DNA from: Ranitomeya imitator
Taxonomy: Eukaryota
Direction: 5' to 3'
Length of the DNA: 64,000 nucleotides
Assembly (NCBI RefSeq): GCF_032444005.1
Contig: NC_091287.1
Coordinates: 16,926,001-16,990,000, forward strand
Shown here piece by piece: positions 51,271 to 64,000 of this stretch; position 1 is the stretch's first letter; each line of letters starts with the position of its first letter. Made by a program: the position numbers and the translations under genes. The notes under the pieces are model-generated. The model searched no databases, had not been told where the DNA came from, and worked only from the letters and a program-made list of their open reading frames with translations.

Positions 51271-52949
51271 TAGGAATTGGTTGGCCGTGTAAATTTAGAA
51301 ACTAATCCACAGCATTGCACGCTTGGCGGTTCCAAGCGCTGTGGATTAGACTGGGGTGGAAAGAGATGATTTGCATAGCTCCGCCTACTGCAAAGGATTC
51401 AGGGTAAACCTGCTATTCTTTGTATTATGCTGCTTGCAAGTACTTTCCGTTTCAGGAAAGCATCCACTATGTATTTCCTTTAAGTAGAGGGCTTTTCGGT
51501 CTCTTTCGTCCCGCTACATTTAGCCCAACTTGGGTCTCTCCCTAAGGTGGCTAGCATGTATTTATTCTCTATGTAAGATAATTAAATCTAGATCCGTCAT
51601 CATCTTACAAATACAAAGACTATATGCTGAACACCTTCAGGACGTTTTACAATTTCGATGTTATTGAGGAGAAACCACTGTGCTGTCCAAATTACCATTT
51701 GCTGTGACATTTCACATTAATCCCAATATGTGCTGTTATATGTCATGCAGTACATTATATTATGTGTTATATGTGCATGCAACGAAAAATACTAAGGTGT
51801 GATGGCTGATGAATTGGAGATTTGTGAGTTAATACATCACATGGGAGAATTGCCCTGCCAGGTCTAAATATGCCCAGTGAGTAACAGTAATGAAGTATGA
51901 AGTGATGTATCCAGAGCATAAAAAGTTAACAAACTGAGCTGCTGTGTGCAATAATGAATCACAGAGGGAGAGAGGAGTTAGCAATAACGTGCATGGCTAA
52001 ACCTAGATGTGTATAGCGAATCTCCTTCCTTGAGTGAGCAGATACATGCAGACGGGCAAATTGAAGAAGTATAATTTCAGCCGGCTCAACAGATGATGTC
52101 TATCAAAATTAGCCAGTGTTTTTCAACTGTTACGGTTCTGGTGCTGGGCTCTGTTTCTTATTTCCCCACTGGGATAAATATGACCAGAAAGTACAACACT
52201 GATTAACAGTAAGGAAGTCTGGAAGTCTGAAGTGATGAATGCAGAGCCTAAAAAGTTAACACACTGAGCTGCTGTGTTAAATAGTTACAGTAAGTGAGGA
52301 GTTAGCATTAACATGCATGGCCAAGATGTCTACAGAGAAGCTCAGGCTTATAGTGAGAAGATGCACACAGATTGGCAAATTAAAGAAGAATCCTGTTTAT
52401 CATAAATAGCCCTTGGTTCCCAACTGTTAGGGCTCCGTGGCTGGACTCATTCTTCCTTCTTCTATGGCTCCTTTTGTGCTATTTCTTGTTATTGTAGCTC
52501 CACATTCTCCTCTGATGTCATCATCCAAGGTCTTTTCAGGCCAGCTCAAGTGGCTTCTTAATGCCTAAGTATTAAATTAGTGTAATATTCTGTTACCATT
52601 TATTTGTCAGGCGTTTAGCTTCACCTTCACCTTCCACTTGACTGAGATCCATCTAGTTGTCTATTTCCTCAGCTTCTATCCAGCAGCCAGTGTTATTACC
52701 AGTGTCTGTACATGTTTTCACAGACAGTGCTGCTCAATCAAGATTCTAGATACACCATTCATCTCAACTACTTTTGGTGTCATTCATACCTTCGTCTCTG
52801 TTACCAAGGTATCGTCTAATTATTTTTTCTGCTGTGGTGATGTTGTCTACACGTTCAACTCAGCTGTGTCAAGTTTCCTGGTAACTAACTCATCTTAACT
52901 GTCCTAGTGATGTCAGTACTTACGACACTGCAGTTCCTGTCAATTATAC

Positions 52950-53950
52950 TTCTGCATATTACCACTAAGCTTACACATAGCTGCTATTCCTGTGATTAAC
53001 CGTACTACTGCTGTAAGATACCACTAAGCTTATGTATCTCTGCTATTCCTGTGATTAACCGTACTACTGCTGCATATTACCACTAAGCTTAAACATAGCT
53101 GCTATTCCTGTGATTAACCGTACTACTGCTGTAAGATACCACTAAGCTTATGTATCTCTGCTATTCCTGTGATTAACCGTACTACTGCTGCATATTACCA
53201 CTAAGCTTATACATAGCTGCTATTCCTGTTATTAACCGTACTACTGGTGTAAGATACCACTAAGCTTATGTATCCCTGCTGTTCCTGTGATTAACCATAC
53301 TACTGCTGCATATTACCACTAAGCTTCTGTGCTGTATCTCTGCTATTCCTGTGATTAACCGTACTACTGCTGCATATTACCACTAAGCTTACACATAGCT
53401 GCTATTCCTGTTATTAACCGTACTACTGCTGTAAGTTACCACTAAGCTTATGTGCTGTATCTCTGCTATTCCTGTGATTAACGTACTACTGCTGCATATT
53501 ACCACTAAGCTTATGTATCCCTCCTGTTCCTGTGATTAACCATACTACTGCTGTAATATACCACTAAGCTTATGTATCTCTGCTAGTCCTGTGATTAACC
53601 GTACTACTGCTGTAAGATACCACTAAGCTTATGTATCTCTGCTAGTCCTGTGATTAACCGTACTACTGCTGTAAGATACCACTAAGCTTATGTATCTCTG
53701 CTAGTCCTGTGATTAACCGTACTACTGCTGTAAGATACCACTAAGCTTATGTATCTCTGCTAGTCCTGTGATTAACCGTACTACTGCTGTAAGATATCAC
53801 TAAGCTTATGTATCTCTGCTATTCTTGTGATTAACCGCACTCCTGCTGCAAGATACCATTTTGCTTATACATTTCTGCCATTTCAATGCATAACTGCATT
53901 ACTGCTTGCTGCAAGATACCAGTTTGCTTATACATATCTGCTATTCCTGT
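52950..53950. repeat. About 59-bp minisatellite, about 16 copies, with two alternating variants
   Basis: Unit CTGCTATTCCTGTGATTAACCGTACTACTGCTGTAAGATACCACTAAGCTTATGTATCT. Confidence 0.93.
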
Positions 53951-55618
53951 GTAACTTCAATCCTGCAGCAAGATAGCAATTTATCCATACATCTCTGCAA
54001 TTTCTGTGAGAAACCGCACACCTGCTGAAAAATAAGAAGCAAGAGTTTGTCTATGCATCTCTGCTGATTCTGTTCAATCTGCACATCTGGCTCAGCTGCA
54101 ACCAGAGCTTCCAGCGCCGCTTACCATCTACCATCTTGCATACACTATTGTACTGGTGCTTGCTGATCTATATGAAATCTGACAATTCCAGCTCTGCTGC
54201 ATCATTGCCTCTTCTATATGCTCCTAATCTGGACCTACGGCAAAGAGAATCCACATTCTCAAATGAGCTAAAAAAAAATTAAAATGGGGGTGTGTAGTAC
54301 TCGAAATACTTGGTGTGCTGCCCCAAAGCTATTGAGAGGCCACAGAGGATCAAAGAAGGAAGGACAAACTTTTCTGTCTTTTTATTTTTAAATGGAAAAG
54401 CAACTAGCTCAACTAGATGAGAACACCGCTATAACAGAAAGGGTGAGCATTGCCAATGTAAGGGGAGAGAATTATTCCTATCTTTGAAAATTGATGCACC
54501 AAAGGAGTATAGCCGCTGATGCCTGTCACAATATATGTTAGTTGGCGGCAAGGGCATGCAAACTAAAAGACAAGAGCTACTGCAGGGCATTGCTGCCAAC
54601 AAAGGTGACCATGAAGCGGGCCACTATGAGTGTGCGATCTGCTGCATTTTGGGAAACACAGATACTGCTTCAGCGTGAAGGAAGGGCTGCTGATAAAATT
54701 GCCAGCAGACTGTCACAGGTGCTAGTGTCAGTTAATTGCTGTACAAAACTGTTAACTTCTGTTAAAGCCCATTGTCTTTTAAAGGAACATTAACCATCAA
54801 GCTTGTTGCCTCCCAGAGAACAAAATCTTCTTGGGTACATTTTTCAATAATTGGGGCAGCTGTCTTGTATTAAAAATTATTTAATCTCCGACAGAACACT
54901 CCATTAAAAGTGGAGTATTAAGAATCATAGAGGCGACAGCAGGGTAAAAATGTTTGAAAGAAAGGCACATTTGCTGCTATATATACATAATTAAAAATAA
55001 TAAATAATACTGCATCAGAGCTGAGAACGTAACTACACCGAACCCCTCCCGAGTGATAGAACCATATGGGAGCTAAGCAAAATGTAAATTCCCTTTCCTA
55101 AAAGCCTCCTTCTGTCCGACAGGCCATTACTGTCCTCCTCATAGAAGCAGAAGAACGTCTATTTTAGCTGCAGCTTATTTCAAAGAACCGACATAACATG
55201 TTATTAAGACGATTGTGACGATCAGAGAGGATTATTCAGAAAGGAACTAATTACATACGAGCAAGAAATGTGCAGCAACTGCGGAGACAAGACTATAATG
55301 GCTGCACAGACTGTTCCTCACTGATTGTAAATCAATAATTAGGGACACCCTCTATGGAGCCAGAGCCCTTATCCTGCCACTCAGCCCTCCATAGGAAGAA
55401 AAGAGTCTGGGGATAAGTCTTTTGTATGAGATTCATTAAGGTCCTGAAAATATAATAAAGTGGAAAAGTATCAGAAGCAGAATGTAAAGAGGAACGTCAT
55501 CCATCATAAATATAAAGACAAATAATATATAAAACTGAGATACAAAATATTCTTATCACAATGATGGGCGTAAATACAACTGCTATAATGCTTCCCTTTT
55601 TTGTATGAAAATATACAG

Positions 55619-57840
55619 TAACTACTATAATAATATGTATAACAACCTAACTACTATAATACTGCCCATATGTCCAAGAATATAACTACTATAACACTGC
55701 TCCTATGTACAAGAATATAACTACTATAATACTGCCCCTATGTACAAGAATATAACTACTATAATACTGCCCCCATGTACAAGAATATAACTACTATAAT
55801 ACTGCCCATATGTCCAAGAATATAACTACTATAACACTGCTCCTATGTACAAGAATATAACTACTATAATACTGCTCCTATGTACAAGAATATAACTACT
55901 ATAATACTGCCCCTATGTACAAGAATATAACTACTATAATACTGCCCCCATGTACAAGAATATAACTACTATAATACTGCCCCCATGTACAAGAATATAA
56001 CTACTATAATACTGCCCCCATGTACAAGAATATAACTACTATAATACTGCCCCATATGTCCAAGAATATAACTACTATAACACTGCTCCTATGTACAAGA
56101 ATATAACTACTATAATACTGCCCCTATGTACAAGAATATAACTACTATAATACTGCCCCTATGTACAAGAGTATAACTACTATAATACTGCCCCTTAAGT
56201 CCAATAATATAACTACTATAATACTGCTCCTATGTACAATAATATAACTACTATAACACTGCCCATATGTCCAAGAATATAACTACTATAATACTGCTCC
56301 TATGTACAATAATATAACTACTATAATACTGCCCATATGTACAAGAATATAACTACTATAATACTGCTCCCTATGTAGAAGAATATAACTACTATAATAC
56401 TGCTCCTATGTACAAGAATATAACTACTATAATACTGCCCCTTAAGTCCAAGAATATAACTACTATAACACTGCTCCTATGTACAAGAATATAACTACTA
56501 TAATACTGCTCCTATGTACAAGAATATAACTACTATAATACTGCCCCTATGTACAATAATATAACTACTATAATACTGCTCCTATGTACAAGAATATAAC
56601 TACTATAATACTGCCCCTATGTACAAGAATATAACTACTATAATACTGCCCTCTATGTACAATAATATAACTACTATAATACTGCTCCTATGTACAAGAA
56701 TATAACTACTATAATACTGCCCCTTAAGTCCAATAATATAACTACTATAATACTGCTCCTATGTACAATAATATAACTACTATAATACTGCCCCTATGTA
56801 CAATAATATAACTACTATAATACTGCTCCTATGTACAAGAATATAACTACTATAATACTGCTCCTATGTACAAGAATATAACTACTATAATACTGCTCCT
56901 ATGTACAAGAACATAACTACTATAATACTGCCCCTTAAGTCCAATAATATAACTACTATAATACTGCTCCTATGTACAATAATATAACTACTATAATACT
57001 GCCCCTATGTACAATAATATAACTACTATAATACTGCTCCTATGTACAAGAATATAACTACTATAATACTGCTCCTATGTACAAGAATATAACTACTATA
57101 ATACTGCCCCTTACATCCAAGAATATAACTACTATAATAATGCCCCTATGTCCAATAATATAACTACTATAATACTGCTCCTATGTACAATAATATAACT
57201 ACTATAATACTGCCCCTATGTACAATAATATAACTACTATAATACTGCCCCTATGTACAATAATATAACTACTATAATACTGCCCCTATGTACAAGAATA
57301 TAACTACTATAATACTGCTCCTATGTACAAGAATATAACTACTATAATACTGCCCATGTACAAGAATATAACTACTATAATACTGCTCCTATGTACAAGA
57401 ATATAACTACTATAATACTGCCCCTATGTACAAGAATATAACTACTATAATACTGCTCCTATGTACAAGAATATAACTACTATAATACTGCTCCTATGTA
57501 CAAGAATATAACTACTATAATACTGCTCCTATGTACAAGAATATAACTACTATAATACTGCTCCTATGTACAAGAATATAACTACTATAATACTGTCCTA
57601 TGTACAAGAATATAACTACTATAATACTGCTCCTGTGTACAAGAATATAACTACTATAATACTGCCCTCTATGTACAAGAATATAACTACTATAATACTA
57701 CTCCTATGTACAAGAATATAACTGCTATAATACTGCTCCTATGTACAAGAATATAACTACTATAATACTGCCCTCTATGTACAAGAATATAACTACTATA
57801 ATACTGCCCTCTATGTACAAGAATATAAGTAGTATAATAC
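55619..57840 (-). repeat. 35-bp minisatellite, about 63 copies; reverse orientation of the 32304-33470 array
   Basis: Unit TATGTACAAGAATATAACTACTATAATACTGCCCC. Confidence 0.97.
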
Positions 57841-60279
57841 TGTTTGAATCTACAATTATACAGTATATTCCATGTTATGAATATGAATTTTAGGGACAGC
57901 ACAGATTCCATTTTTCCGGTCTCCTCCTCCTTGTAAGATGTAACTATACAGCAGTATTATATATGATATAGTTATTGTTTTTTCTGTATTACGGCTCTTT
58001 CTGCTGCTCTATAGATTATTCGGAGGTGGAGGAGATGAATATTTGAGCAGGCTGGTGACCAGGGTCCTATTTGCAGCCGCCCTGTTGCTTTGCTAATTAG
58101 TATTTGACCTTTTCAGCACAAGCTGGTTTCCTCCAGGTCTGTGCTGGAGATAAGAGGCCAATGGTTATTATCAGGCCGGCAGGCGCTATATGCAGATGTA
58201 GCAGAGCTGGGGTTGTCAGTTAACTCTTTCTATTCTGGGCCATATTGGGCAGGGTTGGGGAGAAGTGTTGATTGGCGACTGGAGGAAAAGGCGATCTGGG
58301 ATTCGAGAATGGGAAGATAATGATGTCTTGTCTGGGGTCTGAAATATTTTTAGAATTTATTTTGGGGTCTGATCTGGGGTCACGTTTTGGAGTCTGATTT
58401 GATTACTGGTCTGGTCTGGGGTCTGCATGTGTTCTGCGTTACTTTCACGTTCTGATCCGGGGTTTGACCCCTCCGTTGCTCCTTTCCAGTCCATGTGATG
58501 CTTTGCTGTAGAGCTGGACAGAGAGTGGCTGGGAATTTGCTGGCCGTTGCAGCAGGATGGCAGCAGCTCGGGGACCCCTCCTCACTTATATTTGCAGTTA
58601 ACCCTTTGCCATAGGTTCCACTTTTTATTTAATTCATCAGCCAAAACTCATCATTTCAGGTCTGCAGTTTCTTAAACAAGTGATCCGGGACCCCCACCTA
58701 TCTCAGGCCCCCTGATCCCCTATTCTGATTGGTACCCTGGCCGGTGTGGCTGGCGAGGCATGGTCCCTCTGTTTGGGGATTCTGGTGCATTTTCTCGGAT
58801 GCTTTTGGAGCTGTCATGGAGATGAATGACTACAAATAAGCATTGACAGCCTTGTCTCCAGACACCGAGGCTTTGTGACCTCCAACGATTAAGACAATGC
58901 AGTCCTATGGGGTAACAGTCTTTCCTTACAGATGTTCGTATCTTTTCTTCTCTATCCAATCCTGAGCGCCATAATGACTTCTCCTAATGACTGACAAGAG
59001 CAGAACATGAATCAGACCCTAAAGGAGTCATCCCAGAAGAGATAATGATCAGCATTCGACAGAAGAGATGATCGATGTGTAGGGTCCCCACCTTTAAGAG
59101 AATGTAGACCCTCAGCCCCACTATTTCTCCTTACAGACAGCCGGGTATAGTGTTCAGTACAATCCATGAACCCCATAAGTACTGAATGAAGCTGCTTTAT
59201 CTGTACGGGGTGCCCAGGACTCTGACCCCCAGGGATATGATGGAACACCCCTTTAAGGGCCGGGCTCTAGGACCAAGGAGATGTGATGTTTGGAGCCTTT
59301 TATTGCAGATTAAATCTTCCGCCCATTTAACCCTCCAATATCCAGGAGCCGGAACCTCACACCTGGACGACGGACAAGGAGGAGATCTTCAAGTTAAATC
59401 TGCCGTTATCATTTAATTATGGTGCAGTCTCCTCCGTGATGAGCTCCGGCCTGAAATATGATGTAACCTCCTGAAATTCTGGCCGATTAGATTTCTCGGA
59501 GGAGCTGTGGTCGAAATGATCATTGCCGTATGAGTCATTCCCTCCATTTAAAGGGATGTTCCAGTTTTGGTCAATAGAACTTGAATGTTGTGTAATGCAA
59601 ATCTAGTCTGAATGGTTCCTTCACTGTTTTCCAGATCTCTGCTTGCTGTCAGTAAACTGGGATGATAAACGGCTGCTGTGAGCTAATTAGTTCTTTGCAC
59701 ACTTATAGGGTAAGCCACACAGGTCTGATTAGCGGAGGTCGCGCTTATTCGCCGACGCTTGGGGGCTCTTATGTTCAGGTGGCCTCCTCTCCATTGAGGT
59801 CGATGCCGCTCCCGCCTGGTTTGCATTGGCCAATAGAGGTTGAGGGAAGAAAAGTTAAAAGTAAGGATCTGACCAGATCTCTGGAACTTTGCTTCCCCCT
59901 TTAAATCCCCCCCAGCGTCCATGGATCAGTCGTTCATATCAATCTCTTGATCGAATCTCCCATCGTCTTCTAGGCAGAGTCTCAGATTGTGGCATGCTGC
60001 CCCATGACCGTAGGCAGGACGTCCAGCTGCTTGTATCTGCCGTGCACTGGATGCTGTCGGAGAGCGGACACAGTAAAGGAAACAGTCATAAGGGTGAGTC
60101 ATGTGACCACTGCTAACATGGTGGTGGTGGTGCTTACATCCCTGTGCCATGGGCAAGATTTACCCGCAAACCTCTATGACAATTAACCTGCACGTTCCAC
60201 TGTACCAAGACCAGAGCTTGGGCCCTTAAACGATATGGACCCCTCTAGAGACAATTTTTCAAACTAAAAAATAATTTTT

Positions 60280-60491
60280 GGACATAAATCAGCTGAGAAA
60301 AGTTCAGAAAAATACCGATAAAAGGGTTACGTACTTTCCCACCAGAACAAGCTGACTAATAGGGAAACATGGAGCCAAGAATGTTGCACTTTTTGCTTCT
60401 TTGTTTCCCTCTCCGTCAGCTTGTTCTGGTGGGAAAGTTCGTAACCCTTTTATCAGTATTTTTCTGAGCTTTTCTCAGCTGATTTCTATCC
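60280..60491. repeat. Long inverted repeat (77-bp arms)
   Basis: 60280-60356 pairs with 60415-60491, with an inner AGGGAAACA/TGTTTCCCT pair. Confidence 0.85.
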
Positions 60492-61104
60492 AGCTCAACT
60501 TTCATCATAAATCAGCAGAGAGGAGCTCAGAAAAAAAAGATCATAGTTACAAATCCAGAACGAATTCCAGGATGGATTCTCAGTTAACTCATTCTGCAAC
60601 AACTGAGCTGAACGTGTAAACATGGAAGGAGATTCGACTTGTATGGAATGCATTTGGTATTGATTGAATCTACCAGGAAGGTGTTGAAAAATACGCACCT
60701 CTCCTCGACCCTCCCAATACCTGTTACTCTGCAGCGACCCGTCTGGTCCTCCGATTGGTTCTTCTTCCAGCGGGCGCCACATCTTGTGGGATCATTAACG
60801 AGTTCCCAGTCTAGCAGAAGACGCGGACAGAAAAAGAGGAGCCATCCGGAGAAGAGGACGGGAGTGGTGGCAGGATGGGTGTGGGACGTCCCAGAGGGGA
60901 GTATAGTACAGTACAAGTAATAATTTCATTCAACTCCTTCTTGACCCACAGAATCCAGCAAAATAGCGGACGGTCACAATTTTGAGGGATTTGTGCGAAG
61001 CGAAGAACCAAACACTTGGATTTGTGTAAATTCACAAATATTGGGAAATTCTAAATTAATTTAATGTGCTTAGAATGGATTCGCTGGTCTCTAAGAGCCG
61101 ACAA

Positions 61105-62940
61105 CGGACTGTTCAACGCAGCGACTATGGAGACCAATCAACACAGCGACCATGGAGACTGTCATGACACAGCTGTTGGGTGACGCGAAACCAGGGGCTC
61201 CTTCCCTGTCCCTACCACTAGGGGGCGCCCTAGCTCGCCCTATTCCCCAGGATACTTCTGAAGGTGAAGATGCTGAGGTCTCCACCCTTGCCTTATCTCC
61301 TGAATCAGTCCTCCGTCTGTTCTCTTCCCCCACCCAGGGAAGAGGGACACTAAAGCAATCAAACAAACAAGGCAGCACAAACAAGGGTTTGTTTGCACTG
61401 GGGCGTGGAGGTAGGGGAATACACCAAAATAAAGAAGGATACTGAATTACCACATTTACAAACCAAGCAACAGTCACATAACTCCTCCAACTCTCCTTCT
61501 TATATGAACACCTCTCCCTTCAGAAGCCATGCAGCAAATGCTAGCTCTGACAAGGATTTGCAACAGAGCCCAGATTATAAAGGGGAAAGGAGTGGATAAT
61601 TGAGCTTAGTTGTGAGCACAGAGATTTCCGACATGACCGATTAACTCCTGTTCTGCCAGAAGGAATAAACACCATTAAAATGAAAGAGAAGTGCTTGTTC
61701 TCAGCGCTGGAGAAGGAGCAATCAGATGCTGTGGTCTTCTGGCTTCACACTGTCGCCATAACCCCATGACACTGTTCAACACAGCGACTATGGAGATTGA
61801 TCAATGCAGCGACCCGACCATAGAGAGTGATCAACGCAGCGACCATGGAGACTGTTCAACGCAGCGACCATGGAGACTGTTCAACGCAGCGACCATGGAG
61901 ACTGTTCAACGCAGCGACCATGGAGACTGTTCAACGCAGCAACCATGGAGACTGTTTAATGCAGCGACCATGGAGAATGTTTAATGCAGCGACCATGGAG
62001 AATGTTTAATGCAGCGACCATGGAGAATGTTTAATGCAGCGACTATGGAGACTGTTCAACGCAACGACTTTGGATGCTGTTCAATGCAGCGACCATGGAG
62101 GTTGTTCAATGCAGCGACCATGGAGACTGTTCAACGGAGCGACAATGAAGACCGTTCAACGCAGCGACCATGGAGACCGTTCAATGCAGCGACTATAGCG
62201 GCTGTTCAACGGAGCGACAATGGAGACTGTTCAACGGAGCGACTATGGAGACTGATCAATGCAGCGACCCGACCATAGAGAGTGATCAACGCAGCGACCA
62301 TGGAGACTGTTCAACGCAGCGACCATGGAGACTGTTCAACGCAGCGACCATGGAGAATGTTCAACGCAGCGACCATGGAGAATGTTCAACGCAGCAACCA
62401 TGGAGAATGTTTAATGCAGCGACCATGGAGACTGTTTAATGCAGCGACCATGGAGAATGTTTAATGCAGCGACTATGGAGACTGTTCAATGGTGCGACCA
62501 TGGAGACTGTTCAACGCAATGACTTTGGATGCTGTTCAATGCAGCGACCATGGAGGTTGTTCAATGCAGCGACCATGGAGACTGTTCAACGGAGCGACAA
62601 TGGAGACCGTTCAATGCAGCGACTATAGCAGCTGTTCAACAGAGCGACAATGGAGACTGTTCAACGGAGCGACAATGGAGACTGTCCAACACAGCAACAA
62701 TAGAGACCAATCAACGCAGCGACTATGGGGACTGTTCAACGGAGCGACTATGGGGACTGTCCAACGGAGCGACCATGGAGACTGTCCAACGCAACCACTA
62801 TGGAGACTGTTCAATGCAGCGACTCTGGAGACTGTTCAATGCAGCGACTATGGAGACTGTTCAATGCAGCGACTATGGAGACCATTCAAGACAGCAACCA
62901 TGGAGACTGTTCAACGCTACAACCATGAAGACCGTTCAAC
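61105..62940. repeat. 25-bp minisatellite interrupted by an LTR-like insert
   Basis: Unit CATGGAGACTGTTCAACGCAGCGAC. Confidence 0.93.
61160..61771. mobile_element. Solo-LTR-like insertion, 612 bp
   Basis: TGTCATG...CATGACA termini splitting a satellite unit; no clear 4-6 bp TSD. Confidence 0.6.
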
Positions 62941-64000
62941 GGTCTTAATGACGATCAATTGCAGACAATGAATTTTCGCCCTAAATATTTGCATTTACAA
63001 AAAAAAATAAATGACCCTGAAGGTGCCCAAATCCCTGTTGAATGTCACTGAAGGGGTGGGGTGAGGGGTCTCTCAGTGTGGAGGTCTGTTGCAAGTGTCC
63101 ATATATCGCTCCGGCTGCCTTATTTGTTCCCCCTGCCGGAGAAGGGTCAGATCAACGTCCGGAGAAGACTCGGCAGGAAGAAAATAAAAGGAATATTGAA
63201 ATATTCCATCATGTCATAAAGTCGAGAAACAAAGTACCAGTTCAGAGCGTTCGCCACAACAAAGTCTGAATGTATTTTCTTATGGGAAATCGATAAAGAG
63301 TAAAAAAAAAAATAACGACTAAAATTCAACTAAAAATAGTTGAAATGAGTTCTTCTGCCAACGGGGGGCACTGCCACTGTTCTGTCGCCATCCATCATAA
63401 TAGTCTGACTATGCTGCAGCGCAGCGGTTCGCTCTAACCCCCCTCCATTTTAGTTTTTTGTTCTCTTCCATTTCTATGTTTCGCTGCTGTGCACAAGCGC
63501 AAAGAAACAAGGAAACGGCATTTACCGGAGAAGATTCTCAGCGTGAGAGTTGCCGTTCACTAGAACCATCATTATGTTACCGCAGGGTTTTTGTTTTTGA
63601 CAGAGCAGCACATCACGCTGTCAGGCATTTTCTTGTCTAATTTCCCTTCACTCAATTTCCCGCGTTAGGAAGACGCTGGTGATAATGTGACCAGACTGCG
63701 ATGAGTATATACATCTCATCCTCATGTATACAGGAACTGGGGAGAGAGGAGCAGGGGTGGGGAGGACGTGTGAAAAAAAAGTATCAAAGGAAGAAAACAC
63801 AAATGTAACAAATTGTAACAAGTTACTAAAAATAATCAAAATATTTTCAAAAAGTTTCAATTCACTGATGAAAGAACATTTGGGTGTTTTTCTATCCGGT
63901 TCTCAGATGCTGTAACTATTAGATTAAGGCTCAATCTATCGCCTGAGATGCCGCCATCATGTGAGACTTTTTAATTAGTAGGAGCAATATTAATCTGGGA

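Larger units (their letters stand above)
50418..51560. mobile_element. Retrozyme-like inverted multimer of a 384-bp hammerhead monomer
   Basis: About 1.6 monomers on minus (50418-51122) joined head-to-head to about 1.15 monomers on plus (51121-51560). The period is 384 bp on both arms. TSD TTTATTCTCTAT at 50406-50417 and 51561-51572. Confidence 0.88.

Noticed and set aside
51890-52470. Diverged ~300-330 bp direct repeat as another retrozyme-like multimer
   Set aside because: Copies are highly diverged, and I found no hammerhead core or TSD. It is probably old LTR-associated sequence.

Overview
Repeat-dominated vertebrate DNA, most likely from a frog or toad. This is inferred from the mix of Tc1 elements, TTAA-targeting T2/Kolobok-type MITEs, hAT MITEs and Penelope-type hammerheads. 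There is no confidently identifiable host gene, and there are two assembly gaps. The only credible full CDS is an uninterrupted 340-aa DD34E Tc1 transposase (43370-44392, minus), nested inside an older Tc1. The giant ORFs in the track come from stop-free minisatellites. The main result is a set of small non-coding retro-insertions with 12-14 bp target-site duplications, two of which carry type I hammerhead ribozymes. These are an inverted multimer of a 384-bp hammerhead monomer (50418-51560), a rod-like hairpin element with a hammerhead at its tip (26382-26765), and a 1.37-mer of a 424-bp unit (23266-23847). Two variant-core hammerheads are also present. Together they resemble retrozymes or Penelope-dependent elements, possibly copied from circular RNA. 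Other notable items: a 6.3-kb minisatellite grown from inside a Tc1 transposase gene, a 31-bp array amplifying a Tc1 start codon, a 40-bp satellite built around a CTCF-like motif, and a 4-kb composite hAT with an intact 8-bp TSD. All calls were made by eye; coordinates of degenerate edges are approximate.
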